From a virus, in the IMG/VR virus record IMGVR_UViG_3300005805_000056, positions 1 to 64,000 of that record: DNA of 64,000 bases; one strand, written 5' to 3'. Below, piece after piece: positions 63,991-64,000 of this stretch; within the stretch, counting starts at the first letter, position 1; each line of letters starts with the position of its first letter. The notes under the pieces are model-generated. The model was not told where the DNA came from. It made no database searches and saw only the letters and a list, made by a program, of their open reading frames with translations. The position numbers and the translations under genes were made by a program.

Positions 63991-64000
63991 ATAGTATCTA

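Noticed and set aside
1-64000. Stop-codon reassignment, as in some jumbo phages
   Set aside because: Conserved genes are full length in code 11 and end in TAA, TAG and TGA; the tRNA anticodon UGA reads Ser UCA and is not a suppressor

Overview
This 64-kb window is part of a large T4-like (myovirus, contractile-tail) bacteriophage genome that uses the standard genetic code. It holds the core virion genes: a fused prohead protease-scaffold, gp23-type major capsid, gp13/gp14-like neck, gp18 sheath, two gp19-like tube paralogs, tape measure, hub, spike and wedge proteins. These are scrambled among replication and recombination genes (NAD ligase, RuvC, DinG and SNF2 helicases, UvsY-SSB-UvsX, Rad50/gp46, 5'-3' exonuclease), one tRNA-Ser(UGA) and six glycosyltransferase-like genes. 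Two tandem sigma-like factors and a cytosine hypermodification operon (P-loop kinase, divergent dCMP hydroxymethylase-like enzyme, carbamoyltransferase) are also present. The strongest non-obvious signals are as follows. (1) Three promoter-like motif classes sit mostly 11-16 nt before start codons (TTTACA-N16-18-TAYACT, GTTCT, GTANNTA), implying a near-leaderless early/middle/late cascade. (2) The palindrome TGGCCA is strongly over-represented. (3) A family of hypothetical proteins shares a T4-style capsid-targeting/cleavage leader. (4) There are two candidate programmed frameshifts. (5) The hydroxymethylase-like enzyme has altered active-site residues. All family assignments come from motif recognition by eye; no database searches were run.
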